From: Dipteris shenzhenensis | Taxonomy: Eukaryota | Length of the DNA stretch: 64,000 nucleotides | Assembly: GCA_047967505.1 (NCBI GenBank) | Contig: CM106538.1 | Reading direction: 5' to 3' (one strand) | In this document: piece by piece, positions 38,596-49,519 of the stretch | Layout: every line of letters starts with the position of its first letter | Position numbering within the stretch: the first letter of the stretch is position 1 | Program-made: the position numbers and the translations under genes | Notes under the pieces: generated by a model | The model's database searches: none | What the model was told of the DNA's origin: nothing | What the model saw: only the letters and a program-made list of their open reading frames with translations

Positions 38596-39288
38596 GCGGG
38601 GGGAGAGAAAGAAAATAAATAAATTTTATTAAAAGTCTTTGGAAGACCAAGAGGGTCTATGAGACTAATAAAGAAACTGGTACAATGAGCTGAGGGTGGA
38701 GCTAGCATCAGCACCCATGGTGAGTACAAATAGAAACCCAAAGTCCCGAATCGTAATGGCATCTTTACACAGTAAGAGTTCTCTGGGCTCTCGGAGTGGG
38801 AACAAAAACAACTATCAACTCTAGGAGGGGGGCGTCAATGTACGAGGTTGATGTGTCCATGATAGGTTCGTAGCGACTATCAACAAGTGTGGTCCGTTGT
38901 GGTCTCTTGACTATAGCCCTGCAACGAACGACTGCTACCATCATTCCTGTGAGTTTGGTGAACGGGGAAGGGAGGTCCGCAAGTGTGATATGTGCCTCTA
39001 TTGCCTGCGGGTCCGGAGTGTCTCTAGCTCTAGCTTGGGTCCTCGAGGTCGCCCTCTCCATGGGTCTTGCCGATCAGTGCTATTTGGTTGGAAAAACTCA
39101 GTGATCGTGCTCTGATTGGGGTTTGGCTGTGTGGCATGGTCCTCTCTATGTGTTCTAAGTAACCGCTCCCTATATTGGACAACCTCATGGATGAAGGCCA
39201 CCAGGATAGGAAGCTAGATAAAGATCCATGATCGTGTCTGAAAAGGCAGTAGTAGTGACCTTTGATCTCATAGGCACTCTCTAGGTAT
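38596..39288 (-). mobile_element. 5'-truncated LINE 3' end (RTE-like) embedded in (CT)n
   Basis: Minus strand reads AYEIKGHYYCLFRHDHGSLSSFLS...VAFIHEVVQYRERLL, like a LINE ORF2 C-terminus. A 3' UTR follows with AATAAA and a (CT)n tail. (GA)n tracts lie on both sides. Confidence 0.55.
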
Positions 39289-39472
39289 GAGAGAGAGAGA
39301 GAGAGAGAGAGAGCTCTTAGTGTCCAAAATTGATTGGGAGAACACTTTTATGAAAATGTTAGTAGAGCGGCTGCAAGGCACCGCTTTAAAGAAAGAATAG
39401 CAACTCCAGACATGCTCTTTGAACGTCAAATTAGACTAAGGTGGAAAATGGCGATACAATCGTATTTCTTAC

Positions 39473-39610
39473 TAGAGAGCCATTTTTCGGTACGCTGCCT
39501 TTATTTGCTGTTCAGATGCATCTCGAGGGACATTCAAGACTTCGTATGGATCCCTTCTCAGCTTTGAAGAAGTGATTACATCTTCCTCTGATATGGCTTT
39601 GATTAGACAT
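39473..39610 (-). pseudogene. Orphan duplicate of DnaJ exon 1 (copy 2)
   Basis: [39 protein letters not shown] with the GT donor kept. A 5-bp deletion just after the ATG shifts the frame, and AA>TA occurs at the exon end. Confidence 0.9.
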
Positions 39611-40579
39611 TCTTCGTGCCGAATTAGACGATCAAAATATATTACGTGCTTTTGTGGTGTTGAATAGAACACAAAGTTTTTAGCTGCACCTAGATTCGTC
39701 TGGCATCAGTAGCCCACTGCTACGTCAGAAACCGCAGGCAGAGATCAACATCAAGCTTTGGCTTTGACGCGGCTCGATAGACAACTCCCAAATGGATGCT
39801 ATGGTTACGCTGCAATCCGCCGCGTCGTTAGAGAGAGAGGTCGTGTGCTCAAAGACTTCCATGGAGCATTTATTGACAAAAGGTGTGGAAACGAAGCGTG
39901 TACTTCTAGGTGAATATGATCGCGGGTACTGTTGCGAGAGCATAGACACAATCGCCATAGCATGCGGCGGCTAGTCATGTCTTGTGCAAGCAACGAGTCA
40001 CGCCTGCTGAATATCTCCATAGCTAGAAGCTCCTCGGCCTCGTAAATTCCTGATTCAAATCATTCGCTCCAAATTCAACTTCCTGAGCTTAATACCTCCG
40101 AGATCCTCAAGCCCAAAGCTCCATATCACCAAGCGCCTGAGAGCTTCAATATTGATGCTCCATAGCAGCTGAAGTCATCTTGGCTTTTGAGAGCGAGAGG
40201 GGAATCGCTTTGCATGGGCGCTCCCAAGAAGTTGGTGCCGAGAAATGGACACAAATATGTTAAAAACTACTCGAAATGGATGTCGAGTCACGCTTACAAG
40301 CTATCAAGGAATGTATGTGTATTATGTCCATGTGTGTGTGTTTTTTTTTTTGTGAACATGTATATATGTGTGTTGGAGTGTTCACACGAAAACCTGCAAA
40401 CTATACACAATGAACCTTTATTCGCCCATAAAAAGTATTTTCTCAATTTTATAAAATCTACAAAATTTTAGGGAATTTAGTTATATTTTAGCTAAAAATC
40501 GACAAAGTCTCGAGAAAAACCTTCAAATTTTGACGCAACGAAAAAATTGGTCTTAGAGATTCTCCCTCACACATACAAC

Positions 40580-43500
40580 CATGGACCAGGCCGCCCCAGG
40601 AAGAAGGTATCCTTCTCAGAGCCCTTAGATGCTGAGATGGCAGACCCACCAATAGAAAAGACTAAAAGATCTTGCAGGAGTAAGTGGTCGCCCTTGGATT
40701 TTTCCATCGGCTCGAGGCAAGAGGACTATTCGGTTGTTCAGGATCTTGCTCATCGGTCTTTGAGCATCACGCTCCCTCAACTAATAGCATTAAGCCCTAA
40801 GGTGAGACGTGAGCTGCAGTAAGGGCTCTCAACAAGGAGGAGCAAGAAAAAGGGAAAGGTGCGAGAGGTCTCTTCTATCTCTAAAGAAATTGATCGGCAC
40901 CCACATATAGTAGATGTCATCATAGAGAATTGCTGTGTCAAAAGTGTGTGTGTTGATGGGGGAGCTGCATGTAATATCATGGTGCCCCGAATCATGAAGA
41001 AATTGAATTTGAAATGCACAAGGCGTTCCTCCACTTGAATCAAGGTAGCAGATGGTCGACGACTCGCCACCCTGGGAGTCATTGAGGATTTTCCCATCAC
41101 TGTCAATGGGTTGACCACCACCATCAATTTCTATGTAGTGGACATCGAAGATACAGGTAGGAGTTTCCCAGCCATACTCGGGAGACCATGGTTGAGAAAG
41201 AGTGATGCAGTCAGCTATTGGAAGATAGGACACATGTCTTTTGGTGCTTCTAAAGAGAAGATCCCGGTGCAACCAGGTGCCACGAAACCAGAAGAAGAAG
41301 AGGAGTAAGACAGTGATACTCTCTCATGCTCTGTGTCTGAATTAATGGAAGAATCAGACGGGGGGGAGGAGTTCTCAGAGGAGAAAGTTTACATGATGGG
41401 GGTGTCTTCGACCCCGCCACTTGCAGAAAAAGTAACAGCTAGTCCTCAATAGCTTGAATCTATGCTTTCCCCTGACCTCACTCCGAGTGAGAAAGATGAG
41501 TTCCTAGAAATGTTCAAAGATTTCCCTGACCTCTTTGCAACTAGCTACCACCACCTTCGCCATGTGACTGCCATAGAACACAAGATAGAGCTGAAGCCTG
41601 ATGCTAAGTCTGTGGCTCAGAAGTATCGGAGATTAGGGCCCTTACAGACCGATGCTTTGTGCTCAGAGTTGCAGAAACTTGTAGAAGCTGGGTTTATTGT
41701 TCCGGTTCACAATACTGAATGGGTTTCACCAGTGGTAGTCACCCCAAAGAAAAACAAGTGGCGGGTCTGCATCGACTATAAGAAACTCAATGCAGCCACC
41801 AAGAGGGACCATCATCCTCTTCCCTTTCAAGACCTCATTCTTGAGAAGGTAAGTGGTCATGAGATGTATACTTTCTATGATGGTTACCAGGTTTTATCAA
41901 ATCAGAATTGCTGAGGAGGACATGCTTAAAACCACATTTGCCACACCTTGGGGAACATTTGCATTCAAAGTAATGCCATTTGACCTCACCAATGCTCCTG
42001 CTACCTTTCAAACATTTATGCAGATGGTGTTTGCTCCTTATTTGGAGGTTTTCTTGGAGGTGTTTTTAGATGATTTCTATATATTCTCGGCATGTAAGGA
42101 GCACGTCATGAAGGTTAGGTTGGCCTTCCAAAGGTTTAATGATGCAAATGGCAGCCTCAACCCTGATAAGTGTACCATTGGAGCCACTCAAGGGAGGTTA
42201 CTGGGACAAATTGTCTCATCTGAGGGCATTAACCTGACCCCGAGAAGGTAGAAGCTATCCTCAAACTCTCCCTGCCAACAACCAAACGTCAGGTATGCTC
42301 ATTTGTCAATCTAGTAGGATACTATCGCTGGTTCATTGATCGATATGCTGCTTTGACGCGACCCATGACTATGCTATTAAAAGATGGAGTTGATTTCTCT
42401 TGGGATGAGGATTGTGATCATGCGTTTGTACAAATCAAGAGTGCTCTGGCTTCAGAACCCATTCTACACAATCCTGATTAGTCAAAGACTTTCTATATCT
42501 TGGTGAGCACACTCTGGCAAGTTTTCTTCTCTAGCAAGGGGAGGATCGGTTCATGTGTCTCGTTCGATTTGCTTCTCGATAAATGCTCGAAACTGAATGA
42601 TGCTACTCTGAGGCTAACAAGCATGCTTTGTCTTTGGTGTTCTGCATTGAGAAATTTAAGCATTATGTGGCTGGAAAGTCCTTTATCATAATCTGCAGCA
42701 ATGGTCTTGCAAAGCAGGTTCTTCAATCACCAAATCCCATGGGCCGGTTGGCCAAATGGTTGGCAGTTTTACAAGAATATGATTTTTCTTTCAAGATTGT
42801 AAAAGGGGGTTGTTCCAACTTGAAGAATGCTTTGATTGATTTAGAGGAGGGCCTCGATGTAACCCTTGTAGCGGCCATAGAAGTTGGGGCTCCATGGTAT
42901 GGTGGTATCTCTAGGTTTCTGACCGCTTTCTCCTTTCCTCCAAAAAGTACTAGCTATGAGAGAAAGAAAATCCGTAGAGATAGTAGGCGCTATACTCTCT
43001 TTGATGGGGTGTTATACCGTCAAGGCCTGGATGGGGTACTAAGACGGGCCATTGATGCAAATGAAGTACCTAAGGTATTGAAGCATTATGATGGATTTTG
43101 TGGAGGCCACTATGCCAGTGACTATACAGCTAAGAAGCTTTTACATGCTGGGTACTATTGGCCAACCTTGTTCAAGGATGTTACTATGTATTGCAAAACT
43201 TGTAAACCATGCCAATTCTTTGGTAGGAAGGATTTGTGTCCTGGGCAACATCACCCAGTGATGTCCATCCATCCATTTCAGAAGTGGGGAATAGATTTTG
43301 TTGGGCCCCTGCCCATGACTGCCCGCAAAAAGAAGTATCTTTTGGTAGCCACTTAGTATGTCACTAAGTGGGCTGAAGCTATCACCCTCCCCACTTTAAA
43401 TCGTAAGGCAGTTTCAAATTTCATATTTGAACGTATCTACACAAGGTTTGGGACACCCATGGAAATAGTATCTGACCATGGGAGTCCATTCTTAAATGAA

Positions 43501-44379
43501 GCAGTGGAGTTGCTCATGGATCGCATGGGTATTGATCACTGCACTTCTAGCATCTATCATCCAGCGTCCATGGGACAAATGGAGTGGACCAACGGCCTCC
43601 TTTGTAAAACCATGGGGAAAATGGTCACAAGGAACAAGAGCCAGTGGGATCAGAAGGTCACCAAAGCCATGTGGGCTTACAACATCACCCATACAATGTC
43701 TACAGATCACACTCCTTTTGAGTTGGTGTATGGTACTGAGGCAGTTTTACCACTAGAGATAGAGATTCCGGCCTTGAGATTGGCACGAGAATAGATGACA
43801 GAAGATGAACATGTAGAGGCCAGGTTGGTACAACTTGAGAAGCTAGATGAAACCCGACGCCTTGCACTCCATCAAATAGAGATCCAAAAGAACCGACAAA
43901 AGGCCCGCATGGATGCTGAGATTCACAAGGGATGGGAAAGACACTTTGCTGAGGGGGATGTTGTGCTATGCTTTGATAACAGATTGGACCACGAAATGGA
44001 TAAGAAGTTCCTGCCACTATGGACTGGTCCATACAAAGTCATCAAGGAACATAGCAATGCGTCTGTACAAGTTCAGGAGTTGCATGAGCCATATGGCAAG
44101 AAGGTGATCAACAAGCATTATCTCAAGCCCTTATTTGTGCGTGATGGTCCCAGGCATGGAAATGCTATGGGGGGGAACTGTTATGGATAAATTTGACCAA
44201 AGTTAAAGGCATAAATATGTGTGTGTGCTTGTATGTGTGGCAATAGTATAATAAAATATGGTGTGCATAAGGCCCAGGGATGAGGTGGCAGGGCATGACC
44301 ATGTGCCACCCTTCCATGTAAGAGGACCCATAAGGTGTGTTGTACATAATCCATGGTAGTATTAATATAAAATGATAAG
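40580..44379 (+). mobile_element. 5'-truncated non-chromovirus (Athila/Tat-like) Ty3/gypsy: pol, PPT and start of the 3' LTR
   Basis: Protease VDGGAACNIM...ILGRPWL; RT EWVSPVVVTPKK...IDYKKLNAATKRDHHPLPF...FLDD; RNase H; integrase HPFQKWGIDFVGPLP, SDHGSPF, WTGPY. PPT GGGGGGGAAC, then LTR TGTTATGG at 44179. Confidence 0.92.
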
Positions 44380-44408
44380 GGGAAGTAGCAAGCTAAGGGT
44401 GTCCACTT
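44380..44408 (+). repeat. Left terminal inverted repeat
   Basis: GGGAAGTAGCAAGCTAAGGGTGTCCACTT. Confidence 0.95.
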
Positions 44409-45720
44409 TTTGTTCACTCCCCAATCCTTAGGAGGTGGAAAAACAAGCTTTTTAGCACACAAAAATGCAAATCTCACCTACTTCCCTATGGATCTAGTCT
44501 TTGAAGTCTTCAGACACAACATCACACATGCTATTGTGCACACAATCGTATAGTCTGATCGAAAATTCGATGCACACAAAAAAAATTTATTTGTGTCACA
44601 CGGCATGGTTCTAGGGCGGTCACACCTTTGTCACGAAAGTATCATATTAAATTCTAAATTTCTCACTCATTTTAGATTAAATGTTATTGAAACTTTGTAG
44701 GTGGTCTCTTTACATTATGAGAGCTTAACTTGATTTATTGGTAATTATTTGAATGATTTATCTAATTATAAATAATTATTTATAATAAATAAAGTCATAA
44801 AATACATGCATTTTAGTAGCACACCACATTTTTTTAGTATTTTGAATAATTAAGCAAATGCAATTCGGTGGAAGGTCAGTAGGCACATAAGGGTGTGTGG
44901 TTCAATCATCAAATCCCAAATCCAACGGTTAGATTTAGGAAGATTGAAGTTTAATTTTTACTTTTACTCCTTAGAGGATCAATAAAGAATATTAAAAATA
45001 AATCTAGTAATTCTCAAACATGACCAAACATTTCAAAAATGTCAATATTTTTAGTCCTCCGCATGATGAATAAGAGGAAAAAAATTTGGTTAAATTTGAG
45101 TAAGGGAAACATACAATATGGCCTCCAAGAGTGAAATCTTCCTTTTGTGAGGGAAAAAGGGCCACCCAAGCCTAATACCAAGACAAGGTAGGCTTGGTAT
45201 TAGGCTTGGTGAGGTAGGCTAGGAGCATCACTGACTCTAGTGGCAAGCCTTTGGAGTGTGCATGCTGCCCATGTGGAAGGCTGAGTCATCTATTTTTGCC
45301 TGCAACCATGCCACGTTGTTAGACCGCATGGTGCCATGTCATCAAGGAGATGTGACATCACTCCTTGCCATGTCACCTTAGATTGCCACACGTGCTGCCA
45401 CATCAGCCACATGTGCCACCTCATCATTCCATATCATAGGAACTCTTGGAGCCATGTCATCACACCTTGCCACCTTGGCATACCTCGTCAACCTTGCCAC
45501 ATCACCAATCCCTCCACCTCAATTTGCCATGTCAATCTACCACCTCATGAATGCCAACTCATCATGCCACATCACATTTCCACGTCATGGAAGAGACTCA
45601 TATATTCCACTCCATATTGCCACATCATCACCATGCATGGTGCCACATCAGCCACATGTATACACATCATGATGATGGCGAGCCACATCATCAACATGCA
45701 TGGTCATGTGATTTGAGTGC

Positions 45721-45898
45721 GTGAGGCATAGAATACCACGATCAAGGTTTATGACCACGATGTGTGCGAGGCATAGAATACCTCGATCGAGGTTTATGAC
45801 CGCGATGTGCGTGAGGCATAGAATACGTCGATCGAGGTTTATGACCTACGTGAGGCATAGAATACCTCGATCGAGATTTATGACCACGATCGAGGTAT
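45721..45898. repeat. About 4.5 tandem 39-45-bp units, each with the palindrome ACCTCGATCGAGGT
   Basis: G(T/C)GAGGCATAGAATAC units start at 45721, 45766, 45811 and 45850. Confidence 0.92.
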
Positions 45899-46261
45899 TT
45901 GGAGGTATAGGCACATATGTTATGTGAATATTAAATTGAAATAAAATCAAACGATGCAAATATTCGAAATTAACATTGGATTCCATGTATATATAATATG
46001 ATTAAAATCAACTTATTTGAGTAGACCACAAAAATTAGTTTCAAAACAAAATCAAACGTAATTTTAGTAGCCAATTAGTTTCAATCTTAGCACCTTCTCC
46101 ACCAATAATAATCAAGAGCAATCTAGTGGATGAGTAAGAGCAATCTAGTGGATGAGTTGAGGCTCTCTATAAGACACCACGTTTTGGTTCATTTCACCCA
46201 TTCTTAGCCATTCTTGCCTCCCCATCACTTTGTCACACCTTCCATCCTACTTTCATTGAGA

Positions 46262-49202
46262 ATGGGTTCTCAAAGCCGTAGAGCTAGTAGACGTGAAAGA
46301 TGTAGGAACCCCCCCCAAATCTCATTGATGAGGAGTGCAAGCGGAAGGCTCGTGAGTGCAAGAGAGCCTCTAGAGCTAGAGCTCGCGCTGCCACCACTGA
46401 TCCACCTCCACCTCTACATCCCACCTCCACCTCCACCTCCACCCCCACCCCCACCTCCATTGTCCCCCCCTCCACATCCTCATCTGCTCCCCTACCTCCA
46501 GTCTCCGCCCTTCCCCTAGCCACCTACATTTTGACCTCCACCTCTACCTCTTCCCCCTCCACCCTCCCCCCTCCCCCTCCCCCCCTTCCCCTTGGTGCCT
46601 CCCTTCCCCCCTCCACCCTACCATCTCCCATTGATCCCCTTGCCCCACCTTGCAGCAGCAGTGTTGCTTCACGACGTGACTTGCTGAAGTCCACTATCCG
46701 TCGTCGTACTAGCAAGATCGTACAGTCTTTTTTTAGTGACCTCACGCCAGCTTCGCAGTCTGCTCTTCTCACGTCCCTGATTGATCACCCTGACTTGGTA
46801 GAGTGTAGGAGGCTTGCTGGTCTTGGTGCACGTAGAGATAGGGTTGTATGTAGCGAGGTCCTTAGCAGTGTTCGACGTTCCTATGCTTCTATTAAGCATA
46901 GGAACTCTAGTGATGCCTTGGCAACACGTCGTGCTATTGTGGCTGCCATTAGTAGACCTCATATGATAGGCCATGTGCGTATCGCTTCACATCTTCAGAT
47001 TGCACCGCGCACATTGCGAGCAGGCATGATTAGGAGGCAGAGTCTAGAGGATAGTGAGACTGATGCTCTTTGGGCTTCGAGTGGTTGTGCACCTCGCAAC
47101 AATTGATTGTTGGATGATTCCACTAGGTCCTTCATACAACAGTTTTGGGAGGAGCATTGTAAAGCATCCCCGGTGTTCAAGAAGGCATTGCAGAAGAGGG
47201 TGTCATGCGGTGTGTACATTGAGCATGGTGCATGTTTTTTGGAGTGTACCCAGACAGAGTTGTACACTCAGTTTGTAGAGGCACACCCGGAGTTCAGGAT
47301 TGGGCAGAGGTCATTTGAGCGATGCAGAGGTCATTTGAGCGATGCAGGCCATGGTTTATGCGATGCTCTCAGGAGCGTGACACATGCTGTTGTCGCTACC
47401 ATGTGGATTTTGGATTGATGTATGACATATTTCGTTCCCTTGATGGTCATAGGGGAGTGGTTCCTACTAGCCCTCACGACTTCATTCATTGCATATTGTG
47501 TACACGAGATGGCGATGCTTTATTCCACTCCCTTGATTGTGTGGAAGGTAGGTGTACTTTGTGTGGTGACTTTGCTGGAGTGCCACGAGTTGCACTAGAT
47601 ACTTGTGATGTGCAAATGGTTTGTTGGCAGCAGTATGAGTGCAGTACCTTGACATTAGATGGTGGTGCACAGTCGAGGAGGTTGCAGCTTGTGGGGAAGG
47701 AGACACCACATGTTGTATTCATTGATAGTTTTCGAGGGAAGCTGTACTGCTACATACACCACTCGCACATTGCGAAGTGGGAGGATCGTCAGTTTCGTGC
47801 ATGTTTGAGGACATTTCCTATAGGGGTGGTTGTCTCAGTGGTGGACTTTGCAGAGAATTATACCTTTGCACCATAGCATGAGATCCAATTGGAGTATTAT
47901 TTCTCCGAACAGGTGACGTGTGATTGAGTTATTGGTTTTTTTATGGCCTCATTATATTGAATTATTTCAATAGTCATATTTTTTTTCAATGCCATATTGC
48001 AGGTTGCTATATTTGTGCACATTAGCTATCGTCATGCACAGGCTCATGTGGATGGGATTGATAGCACCATGGACTCACGTGTCATTGTGCGAGAGTATCA
48101 CTTCTACATTAGTGATGATCGATCGCATGATGCCCATTTTGTGCAGCATTGCTTCACTTTGCATGATAGTTTCTTGAGGGATCATGGTGTCACATGGCAG
48201 TGGCACTGGATCTGGTCAAACAGCTGTGGTGGTCAGTTCAAATCTGCTAGACACGTTTATTGGTTTTGCAGATGGCACTGTGAGACAGGCATTCCGATCA
48301 CATGGAGCTACTTCGAGACAAGGCACGGTAAGGGAGAGCATGATGGTGTAGGTGCTTGTGTGAAGCGTGCTTTGCGTCGATACCAGTTGCATCACAGTGC
48401 CGATTGCTTCAAGGATGCACATGATGTGGTGCGGTGGTGCAGCCAACACTTATCCACTAGTGCTATCTCCTCATTTTAGTCGCGTGATGATAGGGTGGTG
48501 AGCCAGTATTTTTGGTGCATGGATATTGGGAGTCTTGATTGGTCCAGGCCTTTTGATTGTTGTTCAGTGTCTGGCACTCTTGATTTCCATTTCATCAGGA
48601 GCATAGGTGAGTCTCACCCCGCGATCTTTTCTCGACGGTTTGCATGTTTTTGCTCTGCATGCATTGATGATGATTGGGGAGGGTGCTCCATGATACCATG
48701 GGCCGATCCATGGGCACGGCAAGTGCTTTCTCCCTTCCAGCCTTGGGAGGAGGTACATGATGATCAGGATGCAGGATTCAGTTCCTTTAGAGATTATGAC
48801 CAACTTATAGATATGTTGCGTATTGGTGATATCTTCGCGGTCAATGCTTCGGAGGGCAATGAGGAGGGTGTGGATTATTACTTGTTGCGATGCTCTATGG
48901 TGAAGAGTGTGCTGAATGAGGATACAGTGGATGGGCATGGGATGCACTTCAATGCTCGTAGCATGATTATAGGTGGCCACTATTTTCAGCAGATACAGAG
49001 GCGTGGTCACTATATTGAGTTCCAAGAGTACATGGCGGATCAGAAGGCATACATGTATTCTCATCTTGTTGTTGTGATCAAGATTACTTTGAGTCGTGTT
49101 CGCACTTGCAAGGCGACATCCACTCCACGATGGCGCCTTGCAGTGGAGGATCACGGGAGCATACTTGCAACTATTGGCATGAGAGCCGATCCTGAGGAGT
49201 AG
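46262..49202 (+). pseudogene. Sola2-type DDD transposase; two exons (intron 47913-48002), disrupted
   Basis: TATAA at 46168 and ATG at 46262. Pro-rich N-terminus, Cys motifs TCCCRYH and CVEGRCTLC, then VVDFAENY...EIQ.EYY..EQ|VAIF...ISDDRSHD...WSNSCGGQFK...WSYFETRHGKGEHDGVGACVKR, and C-terminal ACFCSAC. Lesions: TGA 47104, TAG 47874, TAG 48477, a 20-bp duplication at ~47304-47343, and a stop plus frameshift in the Pro tract. Confidence 0.85.
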
Positions 49203-49519
49203 CACATTACATATCATAGTTTTGGGATCATTAGTTGATCAGATAGATGTTTATTGGGTATCACTAGTTGATTTCATATTTTTGTATTCGATATGTATAG
49301 GCTCACTGTGTGACCGTACCATTGTAATTTTCATGGACTCATATTTTGTATTTCACTATGATGGTTGTATAGACGTTCATACACATCATTGTATTAGATT
49401 CTATTTTATACATGATGTCCGTTGTCTTCTCAATGGGATTTGCTGTTTTTGTTTAAAAAAAAATTGTTTATTAGTAGTAATGTTGTAATTGTGTTTTGTG
49501 CTTTAGGACATTTTAAAAA

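Larger units (their letters stand above)
38168..40351. repeat. Local segmental duplication, copy A (paralog of 57834-59905); its right part is also paralogous to 24553-25460
   Basis: Colinear from TAGTACCAACCAAC (38168 and 57834) through the LINE fragment, DnaJ exon 1 and upstream region. Confidence 0.93.

Noticed and set aside
48564-49217. 217-aa antisense ORF
   Set aside because: Shadow of the transposase coding strand, with no motif.
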